This document shows, one piece after another, positions 19,311 through 28,344 of a stretch of 64,000 bases of DNA. Under the pieces are notes generated by a model. The model saw nothing but the letters and a program-made list of their open reading frames with translations, did no database searches and had not been told where the DNA came from. The position numbers and the translations under genes are program-made. The DNA lies in contig CAWGZR010000009.1 of assembly GCA_963827165.1 (NCBI GenBank), positions 32,001-96,000 of the forward strand, read 5' to 3'. Every line of letters begins with the position of its first letter. Within the stretch, counting starts at the first letter, position 1. Origin of the DNA: Candidatus Bathyarchaeota archaeon (GTDB lineage Archaea; Thermoproteota; Bathyarchaeia; Bathyarchaeales; Bathycorpusculaceae).

Positions 19311-20392
19311 TCGCCTTCTGCTATCGCCACTGTTACGCCGTTCATTTTTTGTTTTTTCAAGATTAGATGTGGGTTTTTTCCTGCTATTATTAGTGCTGCT
19401 CGTTCACATACTCCTCCTACTCCAATTTTGTTTTGAACCATTTCTGAATCTGGAGACAAGTCTTCGTGTTTGAAGGCACGAAGCGTCTCTACGCTTATGA
19501 ATTCAAATTTTAAGTCCAACTTGTCAGCCGCATCCAACATGCCCCGCGAATTTTTCTTAAGATCAACTGTTGCCAAACCATCTATGCGTTCGAAAGTCAA
19601 ATTCGTTCGCTCCAAAGCAGAGCGCACGGCTTCTAAGATTTGGTCTCTTGTGATTTCTTTTCTTGCCCCTATACCCATGATTATTCGTTTTGGCTTCAAG
19701 ATGGTATAGGGTTTAACCGCCTTTTCATCCGTCAATAATTCTTTTGTTACTATTGCAGCTGCATTATACTTGCTCGTAATTTCCATTGCTTGAGCAAGGT
19801 TTTCAGCCTTTTCAACAATGTAACCATTAACCGCATTTGTCTGAATCTTTAGGTCGCCAACTAAAATAAGCGCTAGGTTTTCCCCATTTACCAAAATGGC
19901 GTTGACAGAGACGAGGCTTTCAGGATTCACAATCGACAAATGCATGATTCGGGCGAGTTCATCAACACTCTGCTTTCCCAAAGAATCCGATGCCGTGGTG
20001 ATTACGGCGGTGGCACCTATTCCTTCTGAGATTAGTCTTGTCAACTCGTTGGCGCCACCATAATGCCCCGATAACAAACTTATGACGAATTTTCCGTTGG
20101 CGTCGACGCCTATGATGGCGGGGTCCACCAGCTTCCCTTGTAAGTAAGGTGCAATGGCACGTAAGATTATGCCAGTTGCCATAACCGCGACGATTGCATC
20201 CACAGTGCTGTAGGTTTCTTTAATGAACTCGTCCAGTTTCTGTTCAAGTGGGTTTACATCTTTTAGCATGTACTTTTTGGGCGCGTAAACTTCACACTGC
20301 AATCCAATGCTAATGAGTGCCTTTTTGATTTTGAGTGCGGTTTCAACTCCCCGCTTCGTAATTGAGATAACAACTATTCCGCGGGTGTACAT
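19307..20392 (-). CDS. cbiG: Cobalt-precorrin-5A hydrolase
   Basis: MATGIILR, DPAI, SLLSGHYGGAN, VITTA, GVCERAA. Confidence 0.93.
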   Translation of the reverse strand: MYTRGIVVISITKRGVETALKIKKALISIGLQCEVYAPKKYMLKDVNPLEQKLDEFIKETYSTVDAIVAVMATGIILRAIAPYLQGKLVDPAIIGVDANGKFVISLLSGHYGGANELTRLISEGIGATAVITTASDSLGKQSVDELARIMHLSIVNPESLVSVNAILVNGENLALILVGDLKIQTNAVNGYIVEKAENLAQAMEITSKYNAAAIVTKELLTDEKAVKPYTILKPKRIIMGIGARKEITRDQILEAVRSALERTNLTFERIDGLATVDLKKNSRGMLDAADKLDLKFEFISVETLRAFKHEDLSPDSEMVQNKIGVGGVCERAALIIAGKNPHLILKKQKMNGVTVAIAEGE

Positions 20393-21156
20393 TATTCTGC
20401 GCCTTTGCGGAAGCCCGTAGTGAAAGTAGGGTCATAAAGCTTTGAAAGATCATATGATTTGGGATCCAAAACTTTACCAACGAAAATCAGCGCTGTTTCA
20501 GTTATGCCTGCAGCCTTCACTTTCTCGGCTATGTCACTCAAATTGCCTTTGACAATTTTCTGTTCGGGCCAAGTTGCCTTGTAAACCACTTGAGCGGGCG
20601 TATCTTTTGGATATCCACCTTTGAGGAGATTCTGGACAACCCGCGCGATATGTGGGGTGCCGAGAAATATGACCATTGTTGCTTGGTGTTTCGCAAGTTC
20701 GATGAGGCTTTCAGATTTAGGCACTGGTGTTCTGCCTTCGGGTCGCGTGATGATAACCGTTTGAGAAATATTTGGCAGGGTTAGTTCACGGTTAAGAGCG
20801 CCGGCTCCCCCTTGCAAGCAGCTGACTCCGGGGATTCGGAAGTACTCAATTTTCATTTCGTCAAGAAAGCTCATTTGTTCCTGTATGGCACCATAGAAGC
20901 TTGGGTCGCCGTCGTGGACTCGAGCAACGAGTTTGCCTTCTTTCAAAGCTTGAGCCATTACTTCCAGAACTTCTGGTAGGCTCATTTTAGCGCTATCATG
21001 CAGCGCTGCATCACTCTTGCAATACTTGAGGTATTCAGGATTCAGAAGTGAACCCGCGTAGATAACGACATCTGCTTTTTCGAGCCATTTTTTGCCTTTG
21101 AGAGTGATTAGCTCAGGGTCACCCGGACCTGCACCGATAAAAACAACTTTGCTCAT
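20392..21156 (-). CDS. cbiF: Cobalt-precorrin-4 C11-methyltransferase
   Basis: GAGPGDPELIT, YAGSL, GDPSFYGAIQEQ, SQTVIITR, KATWP. Confidence 0.95.
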   Translation of the reverse strand: MSKVVFIGAGPGDPELITLKGKKWLEKADVVIYAGSLLNPEYLKYCKSDAALHDSAKMSLPEVLEVMAQALKEGKLVARVHDGDPSFYGAIQEQMSFLDEMKIEYFRIPGVSCLQGGAGALNRELTLPNISQTVIITRPEGRTPVPKSESLIELAKHQATMVIFLGTPHIARVVQNLLKGGYPKDTPAQVVYKATWPEQKIVKGNLSDIAEKVKAAGITETALIFVGKVLDPKSYDLSKLYDPTFTTGFRKGAE

Positions 21157-21917
21157 GGTTTTTCAACCTGTTTCCAGTGAATGGGAACTTGGCTTCTTTT
21201 GACAATTGCTACAGAGAAGTAATCCTCTGTTATGTCCCAGCCTTGCACATCGCCGAGTTTTCCCACTAAGACCTTCTCCTCGGGCAAAGTACACCTTTTT
21301 ACTAAGGCTATCGTTGAGTTTTCCCCGAAACCGGCTCGCTGCAGAACATGAATTAATTCTTTTACGCGATATGCGCACTTCATGAACACGACGTTATCTG
21401 CGGATCTTGCAGTCTCCTCAATAAGGGCTGGATCTATGTCTGAAGGTATTATCGACACTGATTCCTCCCTTTCAGCCAAAGGCAATTTGGCGCTTGCGGC
21501 AGCAGCAGTAACCGAAGTTACACCTGGAATTATTTCCAGCTCAACCTCAGGGTAGGTTTCTTTCACGAATTCATAAAGATAAAGAAACGTGCTGTAAAGC
21601 ATGGGGTCGCCCAACGTGATGAATGCGATAAGCTTGCCTGCTTTGGCCATGGATGAGACAATAGTGGCGTCTTTGACCCAAAGCTTTCTGTTGTTCATCT
21701 CATCTTTGGTCATGGGGAAGACGAGTTCGATAATTTCCGGTGGTTTCGCTCGTTCTTGAAGAATTTGTTGGACCATCCCGAGGGCTATGCTAGGCTTTTT
21801 TGCATGCGACTTTGGAACGCAAAGAACGTCAGCTAATTTCAGGGCTTTCACTGCCTTTAGAGTTAATAGTTCTGGATCTCCCGGACCGACACCAATTCCT
21901 ATGAATTTTCCAGTCAA
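21153..21917 (-). CDS. cbiL: Cobalt-factor II C20-methyltransferase
   Basis: GVGPGDPELLTLKA, FPMTKD, TLGDPMLYST. Confidence 0.93.
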   Translation of the reverse strand: MTGKFIGIGVGPGDPELLTLKAVKALKLADVLCVPKSHAKKPSIALGMVQQILQERAKPPEIIELVFPMTKDEMNNRKLWVKDATIVSSMAKAGKLIAFITLGDPMLYSTFLYLYEFVKETYPEVELEIIPGVTSVTAAAASAKLPLAEREESVSIIPSDIDPALIEETARSADNVVFMKCAYRVKELIHVLQRAGFGENSTIALVKRCTLPEEKVLVGKLGDVQGWDITEDYFSVAIVKRSQVPIHWKQVEKP

Positions 21918-21927
21918 ACTTTTCCAC

Positions 21928-22530
21928 CTATTCGTTAGTAGCCGATATTATGGTGATTGGATTCCTTGCCAACATCATTGTTCCCGCACCAGCCGTTTTC
22001 CCTTTAGCTGCAAAAATCTCAACAACGTCGACTTCTTTGAAACCTGATTTTTTGATTTCTTCCAAAGCGGCAGTTGCTGTTTCCAGCAGTATGGCATTTA
22101 TGACTATTCTTCCATTTGGCTTCAACTTCCTGTGGGCTATTCGTATCACCGACCTAAGCGAGTGACTTCCGCCTATAATGAAGGCATCAACTGCAGGGAG
22201 ATTAGCCAGAGCCTCAGGTGCAGCTCCGTGAGTAACTTGAACAATGCTCTGCAAACCAAACTTCGCAACGTTGCCCGAGGTTAGTCGCACGGCTTCTTCG
22301 TCCTCATCTATAGAGTAGACTTTTCCTTTTGAACCAACCTGCAGAGCTGCTTCAACTGTCAAGCCGCCGGTGCCGCAGCCGACATCCGCCACTACGGACC
22401 CTTCACAGAGACGAGCCTTCGAAATCGTAATCACTCGAATTTCTTCTTTAGTTGGCCCTGGAACATTATCACTTTGAGTAAACATTTCGTCAGGTACGCC
22501 AGGAGTTTTGTAATTCCACATATCAACCAT
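21928..22530 (-). CDS. cbiT: Cobalt-precorrin-6B C15-methyltransferase (decarboxylating)
   Basis: PGVPD, TKEEIR, DVGCGTG, GRIVINA, ARNPI. Confidence 0.93.
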   Translation of the reverse strand: MVDMWNYKTPGVPDEMFTQSDNVPGPTKEEIRVITISKARLCEGSVVADVGCGTGGLTVEAALQVGSKGKVYSIDEDEEAVRLTSGNVAKFGLQSIVQVTHGAAPEALANLPAVDAFIIGGSHSLRSVIRIAHRKLKPNGRIVINAILLETATAALEEIKKSGFKEVDVVEIFAAKGKTAGAGTMMLARNPITIISATNE

Positions 22531-22531
22531 C

Positions 22532-23203
22532 TCACATTTCGGTTTTTGAATTTCTATTTATCATCATTACACATAGCGGGGAAAAACTCAATTTTGGAAC
22601 TCCCATTAAGGTGGTCTCGAGTACGCTTTCGTTGTTTAGAGTCAAATTCTCGCAGATAGAAACAGGAGTCTCCTTGTCTATACCCGCTAAGAGAAGGTAT
22701 TTTGCGACTTCACGCGGAGGAAAAGTCTTAGGCTCAGGAAGCAACATGACAGTTTTTCCAGTCTTAACCGCTTCGGCAAGCGCTCGTTTCTTTTCAACAT
22801 CTACCCCGTCATGGAAAGCGAAAATAACTGCATCGTCCCAGCCTATGCAGAGCCGAGCCGCACATGCCTGCATGGAACTTACGCCAGGAATAACTTTAAT
22901 ATCGACATCTTTGTCCATTGACCTTCTCAAGAGTGCCCCTAACAGCCCCGAAAAACCCGGATCACCTGTCGACAAAAGCGCTACTACTTTTCCATTATGG
23001 GCTGAAACGACTAAATGTTTTAGTCCTTCCTCCATGTTCTTGGCAGTCAACGCCAAGGTTTCTCCTTTAATGTCCTCTCGAAATAGGTTTAAGCTGCGTT
23101 CAGCACCGATTATCACCTGCGAAGCTTGAACTGCTTTTCTTGCGGCTGGAGTTACATAGTCGGGTGAGCCTGGACCCGTTCCGACTATGTAGACTTTAGT
23201 CAC
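22532..23203 (-). CDS. cbiE: Cobalt-precorrin-7 C5-methyltransferase
   Basis: VGTGPGS, STGDPGFSG, IPGVSS, CENL. Confidence 0.9.
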   Translation of the reverse strand: MTKVYIVGTGPGSPDYVTPAARKAVQASQVIIGAERSLNLFREDIKGETLALTAKNMEEGLKHLVVSAHNGKVVALLSTGDPGFSGLLGALLRRSMDKDVDIKVIPGVSSMQACAARLCIGWDDAVIFAFHDGVDVEKKRALAEAVKTGKTVMLLPEPKTFPPREVAKYLLLAGIDKETPVSICENLTLNNESVLETTLMGVPKLSFSPLCVMMINRNSKTEM

Positions 23204-24282
23204 GGTTCTAAACCTCTTGCGTTTTCGTCGACTCCGAGTATTTTTCCTTCCATGGAGACGATTATGATGCTAAATTTGATTTTGTTCTTTGTCCGATCCG
23301 TAACTCGCGCGTGGATCTTTTGGGCTATTCTATCGTATGTAGCCCTTACCAGGTTAATTTTACTGAGGAGTTGGGTGGCTTCTTCCGTGGTGTTCGACTG
23401 CAGTACCGCGTTTATGGTTTCTGTGTCTGCACCTACGGAGGCAGCGTAAGCCGCAATGACCTCGTTTCTGGCATCACCCATTTTGTAATGAGTGTTGAAG
23501 ATTCCTGCTGCCAACTTCACCATCTTGCCCGAGTGACCCAGAAACACAATTTCCTTAACTCCCTTCTCAGCTGCCTTTTCCAGCATGTAACCCACGAAGT
23601 CCCCCGTCTGCACTACCTGGTCAGCTGGAACATTAAACAGCTGCTTAGCTATCCTTTCGCCAATGTTTCCTGGAACAAAGAAAACCCGCTCGTAGCCGTG
23701 GGCTATAGCTACGTCAATCTGAGGAACCAACGAGCGCCTGCACGCTTCCAGCGACAGAGGCTTTACCACGCCTGTCGTGCCAAGGACGCTTAAGCCACCG
23801 ACTATGCCCAGTTTTGCATTGAGCGTTTTTTCTGCTATTTTTTCGCCATCTGGAATAGATATTGTGACTTCAGCGCCCTTGCCCTCAGGCAATGCCTCTC
23901 TGACGGCGTCTGTTATCATTTTTCTTGGAACAGGGTTAATCGCCGATTCACCCACTGGAACTTGGATGCCTGGCTTGGTCACTTTGCCTATGCCCCCACC
24001 GTTTTTTATGGTGATTTTGCCGTCGTCAGTTAGCTTTACAGTTGCGGTTATGTCCATGCCGTTGGTGACGTCAATATCTTCCCCTGCGTCTTTCACGACC
24101 GTAGCTACTGCGGAATCGCCTAGTTTCTTGCAGTTCTTGACGGGTATTTCAAAGCGGATGCCAATGGGCGTAGGAATAACAACTTTGTCAACGCAGTTGC
24201 TGGTTAGCGTGATTAATGCGGCTTTGGCTGCGGCCGCTGCGCACGAACCGGTAGTGATTCCATACTTCAGAAACTTTGACAT
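23200..24282 (-). CDS. cbiD: Cobalt-precorrin-5B C1-methyltransferase
   Basis: GITTGSCAAAA, KDAGEDIDVT, AINPVP, GGLSVLGTTG. ATG 24282 (MSKFLK) preferred. Confidence 0.95.
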   Translation of the reverse strand: MSKFLKYGITTGSCAAAAAKAALITLTSNCVDKVVIPTPIGIRFEIPVKNCKKLGDSAVATVVKDAGEDIDVTNGMDITATVKLTDDGKITIKNGGGIGKVTKPGIQVPVGESAINPVPRKMITDAVREALPEGKGAEVTISIPDGEKIAEKTLNAKLGIVGGLSVLGTTGVVKPLSLEACRRSLVPQIDVAIAHGYERVFFVPGNIGERIAKQLFNVPADQVVQTGDFVGYMLEKAAEKGVKEIVFLGHSGKMVKLAAGIFNTHYKMGDARNEVIAAYAASVGADTETINAVLQSNTTEEATQLLSKINLVRATYDRIAQKIHARVTDRTKNKIKFSIIIVSMEGKILGVDENARGLEP

Positions 24283-24283
24283 T

Positions 24284-25369
24284 TCAATCCTCTTTTTTAG
24301 TCTCTGCCATCGACAGCAACGCGTTGAAAATGGCCACGGCAATTGTGCTTCCGCCTTTGCGTCCTTTAATAATTATATATGGAATAGGCAATTTAGAAAT
24401 GACTTCTTTGGATGCTGCAGCACCCACGTAACCCACCTCAGTGGCTACAATCAGGGCAGGCTTTGCCGTTCCAGCCTCAACGGCTCGGGCCAATTCAAAT
24501 GCGGCTGTTGGCGCGTTTCCAATGAGGAATATTGAGCCATTTACGCCGTCTTCTACAGCTAAACGCATAGCCGCAGTTGACCGTGTGATTGACTCGTCAT
24601 CTGCCATTTTGGTGGCGCGTTGGTCGTCGATGTAGGTGAGAATTTTTCCACCGAACTTTTCCACTCTAGCTTCTTTTATCCCAGCTTTAATCATTTTAAC
24701 ATCTGTGACTATTTTTGAGCCCGCTTTTATGGCGGCGACTCCCGCGTCGACTGCTTTGTCACTGATTACCAACAGCTTGGCAAATTCAGGGTCGGCGGTT
24801 GTGTGAACTACACGTTCGATTATTGCTGCATGCTTCTTGGGGGCTTTCGTTAAAATCTCTTGAATTTCAGGTCGGATGAGTTTCATGCTATCTTCGAATA
24901 TCTGCTTAGAAGCAGCAGGCGCATTTGTGTTTTTATTTTCATTTGCACTTGAACTAAAAGGGACATGATTATGTTCGCGGACTTCTTGACCAAGTGCTTT
25001 TAATGCTTTTTCTTCCAAGATTACGGCAATACATTCGTCCGCACCAATAGGTTCCCCATAAACCAATTGAATTCCACTTGCAGAGAGTTGAGATTCCTTG
25101 TCTTTTACGCCTATGAGTTCTGGGATCTCCTGCGTGGTGTGCACTCCAGGCGCCAAGAAAGCAGGGATCAAGACGATTTTTTTGACGCCTTTTTTGGCGA
25201 TGGCATCTATCGCTTCGGGGATGGTAGGCGTGTTCCTCATCATAAAGGAAATTTCGACTACCTTAAAGCTGGAGCGTTTACGCATAATGTCTGCTATTTT
25301 CTCGAGGTTTTCTCGGTTGTGTGGAAGCTTGCTTCCATGTCCAATTAGTACTAATCCAACGTTTTCCAT
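24284..25369 (-). CDS. cbiC: Fusion of short CbiX chelatase (N-terminal) and cobalt-precorrin-8 methylmutase CbiC (C-terminal)
   Basis: GHGS and PGVH chelatase histidines; a linker; then RVVHTTAD, TDVKM, IGNAPTA, VGYVGA and GRKGGS. Confidence 0.92.
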   Translation of the reverse strand: MENVGLVLIGHGSKLPHNRENLEKIADIMRKRSSFKVVEISFMMRNTPTIPEAIDAIAKKGVKKIVLIPAFLAPGVHTTQEIPELIGVKDKESQLSASGIQLVYGEPIGADECIAVILEEKALKALGQEVREHNHVPFSSSANENKNTNAPAASKQIFEDSMKLIRPEIQEILTKAPKKHAAIIERVVHTTADPEFAKLLVISDKAVDAGVAAIKAGSKIVTDVKMIKAGIKEARVEKFGGKILTYIDDQRATKMADDESITRSTAAMRLAVEDGVNGSIFLIGNAPTAAFELARAVEAGTAKPALIVATEVGYVGAAASKEVISKLPIPYIIIKGRKGGSTIAVAIFNALLSMAETKKED

Positions 25370-25384
25370 TTCAAAATCTCCTTT

Positions 25385-26677
25385 TTATTCAAGCTGATCT
25401 GTTTTTACCCCAATCAACTTTAAAGCAACCTCGATCAGTTCCGAGTCATCCTTTGCAGCGGCTTGCCGCAAGTTTTCGACTAAAGGCAGAAAAGTCTGTT
25501 TCAGCAAAATGCTGGTTAAATTATCAACAATTTTCTTTTCACGTTCATCCAAGTCGCTCATCATGTTAAGAGCTTTTAAAAGCTCTCTTTGACGGATTTC
25601 TTCTGTTTGAGACAACAATTCGGAAATAATTTTGCTAACATTCTCAGTTTTGAGAGCACGTTCAATTGTGATTAGTTCTTCTTCTATTATTCTTGAAGCA
25701 TCTTTCACGCTTTTTACTCGCTCCATTTTGTTCTTTTCAGCGATTAGGTGGAGGTCATCGATGTTGTACAGTTTTACGTTTGGGAGCTCATCGGTTCCTT
25801 TTTCTACGTTTCGGGGATTGGAAAGGTCAATTACAAGCAAGGTGTCTTTGTTCTGACGAGATACCAGGAATTTTGATACGTTCTCTTTTGTTAGGAGGTA
25901 GTGTGGTGCAGATGTGCAACAGAAAACAACATCGGAATCAACGAGAACTTCTCCAAGCTTGTCAAATTTTACTGCTTGGCCGTGAAGTTCCTCAGCCAGT
26001 CTCTGGGCACGCTCATGAGTTCTGTTAGCGATGAATATTGGGCTGAGGCAGCGCCTAGCCATGGCTTTAGCGACAAGAGTGCCTGTTTCTCCGGCGCCCA
26101 TTACTAGAATTTTCTTTTCATTTAAGCTGCCCAGCAGATTTTCTGCAAGCTCAACTGCCGCTGAACCTACTGAGACTGCGCCTTTGTTAATTCCTGTTTC
26201 TTTTCTTACTCGCCTGCCAACGTTAACTGACCTATTAAACAATTGCTTGAGGACGGGCCCTGCTCCATTAGTTTTCTCGGCTTCAAGGTAAGAGTCCCAA
26301 ACTTGGTTGATAACTTGGTCCTCACCAATCACCATTGATTCTAATCCTGATGTGACTCGTAAAAGGTGATTCAAAGCTTCTTTATTTATCGAATATTCGA
26401 TTGCTTTTGAAGCGGCTTCAATCTGAATCGGGGTCCTTTGGGCGAGATATTCAAAAGCGGCCTTCGCGGTTTCTTCTCCTTTTTGGCTGACCAGGTATAA
26501 TTCTACTCGATTGCACGTTTGAAGAAGAAGACACTCTTCAACGCCTGCGATGGCAGAAACCTCTTTGTACGCAGTTTCCTTGTCTTTGAACGCGACCGCT
26601 TCTAAGAGTGGAACGTGCGCTGTTTTATGAGTAATTCTAACGTTAACGATGTTAACGTTTCTGGCAGATGCCTGCAT
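25385..26677 (-). CDS. hemA: Glutamyl-tRNA reductase
   Basis: QTCNRVE, SGLESMVIGEDQ, GAGETG, ANRT, DLSNPR. Confidence 0.96.
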   Translation of the reverse strand: MQASARNVNIVNVRITHKTAHVPLLEAVAFKDKETAYKEVSAIAGVEECLLLQTCNRVELYLVSQKGEETAKAAFEYLAQRTPIQIEAASKAIEYSINKEALNHLLRVTSGLESMVIGEDQVINQVWDSYLEAEKTNGAGPVLKQLFNRSVNVGRRVRKETGINKGAVSVGSAAVELAENLLGSLNEKKILVMGAGETGTLVAKAMARRCLSPIFIANRTHERAQRLAEELHGQAVKFDKLGEVLVDSDVVFCCTSAPHYLLTKENVSKFLVSRQNKDTLLVIDLSNPRNVEKGTDELPNVKLYNIDDLHLIAEKNKMERVKSVKDASRIIEEELITIERALKTENVSKIISELLSQTEEIRQRELLKALNMMSDLDEREKKIVDNLTSILLKQTFLPLVENLRQAAAKDDSELIEVALKLIGVKTDQLE

Positions 26678-26698
26678 CGACCGCTAAACCCCTCCATC

Positions 26699-26718
26699 AT
26701 TGGATGGATAAACCGACC
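26699..26718. promoter_or_regulatory. Candidate operator, copy 2 (hemA-cbi / amidase-hem divergon)
   Basis: ATTGGATGGATAAACCGACC, placed between an AT-rich TATA-like box and the RBS as copy 1 is. Confidence 0.7.
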
Positions 26719-26787
26719 AGCTTAAATAAAAGCTTTGCTTAATTACCCAAAAGAGGGGTTAAAGGCATAACAAAACTTATTCACAGA

Positions 26788-28344
26788 GTGGGGTTGGCAT
26801 ATTTGCCCGGGTCTTTGCCCTGCTTCGAAACGTTTGGGAACCTACCAACTGATCTCGTTCGCGAAGACGGACTTGTGGAGGGAAAAACAGCCTCAGATGT
26901 GCTTGACATGATAATTATTCCAGGGGGAAGCCTCGTCGAGTCAAACACCCTCAAAGAAGATCTTGCAAGAGAGATTTGCAAAATGGCTGACTGCAGTAAA
27001 TTTGTTTTAGGAATTTGCTCGGGCTTTCAGATTCTTTCGAATGGAACTGATATCGGACGCTTGTCGGCTTATCCAATCATGCGTAAAGGGCTTGGTTTGA
27101 TTGATGCAGAGTTCACGCCTCTGATTTGCACGGATCAAGTTAAAGCCACAGTTATCGGAACTAGTTGCCTCACAGATGCAGTGGGTTCTGAAGTATCCGG
27201 TTTCCATTGCCACACTTACGGTAACGTTGTCACCCACAAAAAAGCAAAACCCATCCTAGTTTCCCACACTAAGCGACTAAATTATCATGAGAACGCAAAA
27301 GATCTTGTTTCCGGAATCTCGAACGATGAGGGCAACGTTGTGGGCGTAATGATACATGGTTTGCTAGACAGAAACCCACTCATTATAGAAGGCATCCAAA
27401 AGTCACTAGACATAAGCAACGAGGAGCTTCGGGGAATCAGAGCGGCGAACGGAAAATTGCTGCATCAGATTAAGGCTGAAATTGGAATTTCAACCAATGT
27501 TTACGAATGTGAAGCTGTTAAAAAACAAAGTACGCATAGGGCTTTGTTGGTAACTGCGTTAGGAAGTGGTTCTGGCAAAACCTTCATAGTTACTGGGTTG
27601 GCAGGCACGCTCAAAAAGAAAGGTTTCAAGGTGGGAGCCGTCAAAGTTGGCGGCGACATCCGAGACGTTGTCCCCGCACTTTACCTGATCAAGGAGCCCA
27701 TAAGAGATTATTCTTCAATTAGAGTTGGGCAAAGCGGATGGATGATAGGCAACGAATCAGTCAAGCAGGCAGAAAAAGAATACGACTTCCTCATCATCGA
27801 GGGAGCCATGAACGCCTTTACGGGGCTATTGAATGAAAAAGTCATGCGCCCTTCTTCCACCGCGGAAATAGCCGCAGCACTTGGAGTTTCCACTGTAGTA
27901 GTAGTTACCTGCGATATGGAAGGGATCGAAGGCGCTTTAGTCAACGTTCTGAACTATGTTAATCTTCTGAAGAATCTCGGAGTAAAAACAGAAGGCGTAA
28001 TCCTCAACAAGGTGCATACAAGCTACTTAACAGAAAACGTTAGGCGATTCATAGAACAAACCTTAACCAATGCGGGGGTTGAGTTGCTGGGCATTGTTCC
28101 CCGAGTCGATGTTGAAGGACGAGGTGCAATTCCGGAGATAGAAATCAAATATGAAGAGTTCGGCGCCAAAGCCATAGAAGTCATAGAAAACTCATTGAAC
28201 ATAGACAAGATCATCCATATAGCCGAACCAACCCGGATAACTCAACTGGACTATAATGCTTTAACGGAAAAATTTAGAAACACACTGTTAGGTAATATTT
28301 CCTCAGAGGCTTCAAAAAGTGGGAAAACTGAAAAATGCTCATAG
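26788..28344 (+). CDS. Domain-permuted CbiA/CobB-like amidase: N-terminal class I glutaminase, C-terminal P-loop synthetase
   Basis: IPGGS, GICSGFQ, GFHCH, IHG; then GSGSGKT, KVGGD, IEGAM, STAEIA, GVILNK. Possible ATA start at 26767. Confidence 0.8.
   Translation: MGLAYLPGSLPCFETFGNLPTDLVREDGLVEGKTASDVLDMIIIPGGSLVESNTLKEDLAREICKMADCSKFVLGICSGFQILSNGTDIGRLSAYPIMRKGLGLIDAEFTPLICTDQVKATVIGTSCLTDAVGSEVSGFHCHTYGNVVTHKKAKPILVSHTKRLNYHENAKDLVSGISNDEGNVVGVMIHGLLDRNPLIIEGIQKSLDISNEELRGIRAANGKLLHQIKAEIGISTNVYECEAVKKQSTHRALLVTALGSGSGKTFIVTGLAGTLKKKGFKVGAVKVGGDIRDVVPALYLIKEPIRDYSSIRVGQSGWMIGNESVKQAEKEYDFLIIEGAMNAFTGLLNEKVMRPSSTAEIAAALGVSTVVVVTCDMEGIEGALVNVLNYVNLLKNLGVKTEGVILNKVHTSYLTENVRRFIEQTLTNAGVELLGIVPRVDVEGRGAIPEIEIKYEEFGAKAIEVIENSLNIDKIIHIAEPTRITQLDYNALTEKFRNTLLGNISSEASKSGKTEKCS

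Noticed and set aside
23777-24535. Long antisense ORFs (e.g. 23777-24535, 22611-23129, 7329-7844, 32683-33210)
   Set aside because: They are shadows of well-supported genes on the opposite strand, with no independent motifs.
7325-28344. Coenzyme F430 pathway (short CbiX, CbiA-like protein, Ni transporter)
   Set aside because: No cfbC, cfbD, cfbE or mcr genes in the window, and the chelatase is fused to CbiC.
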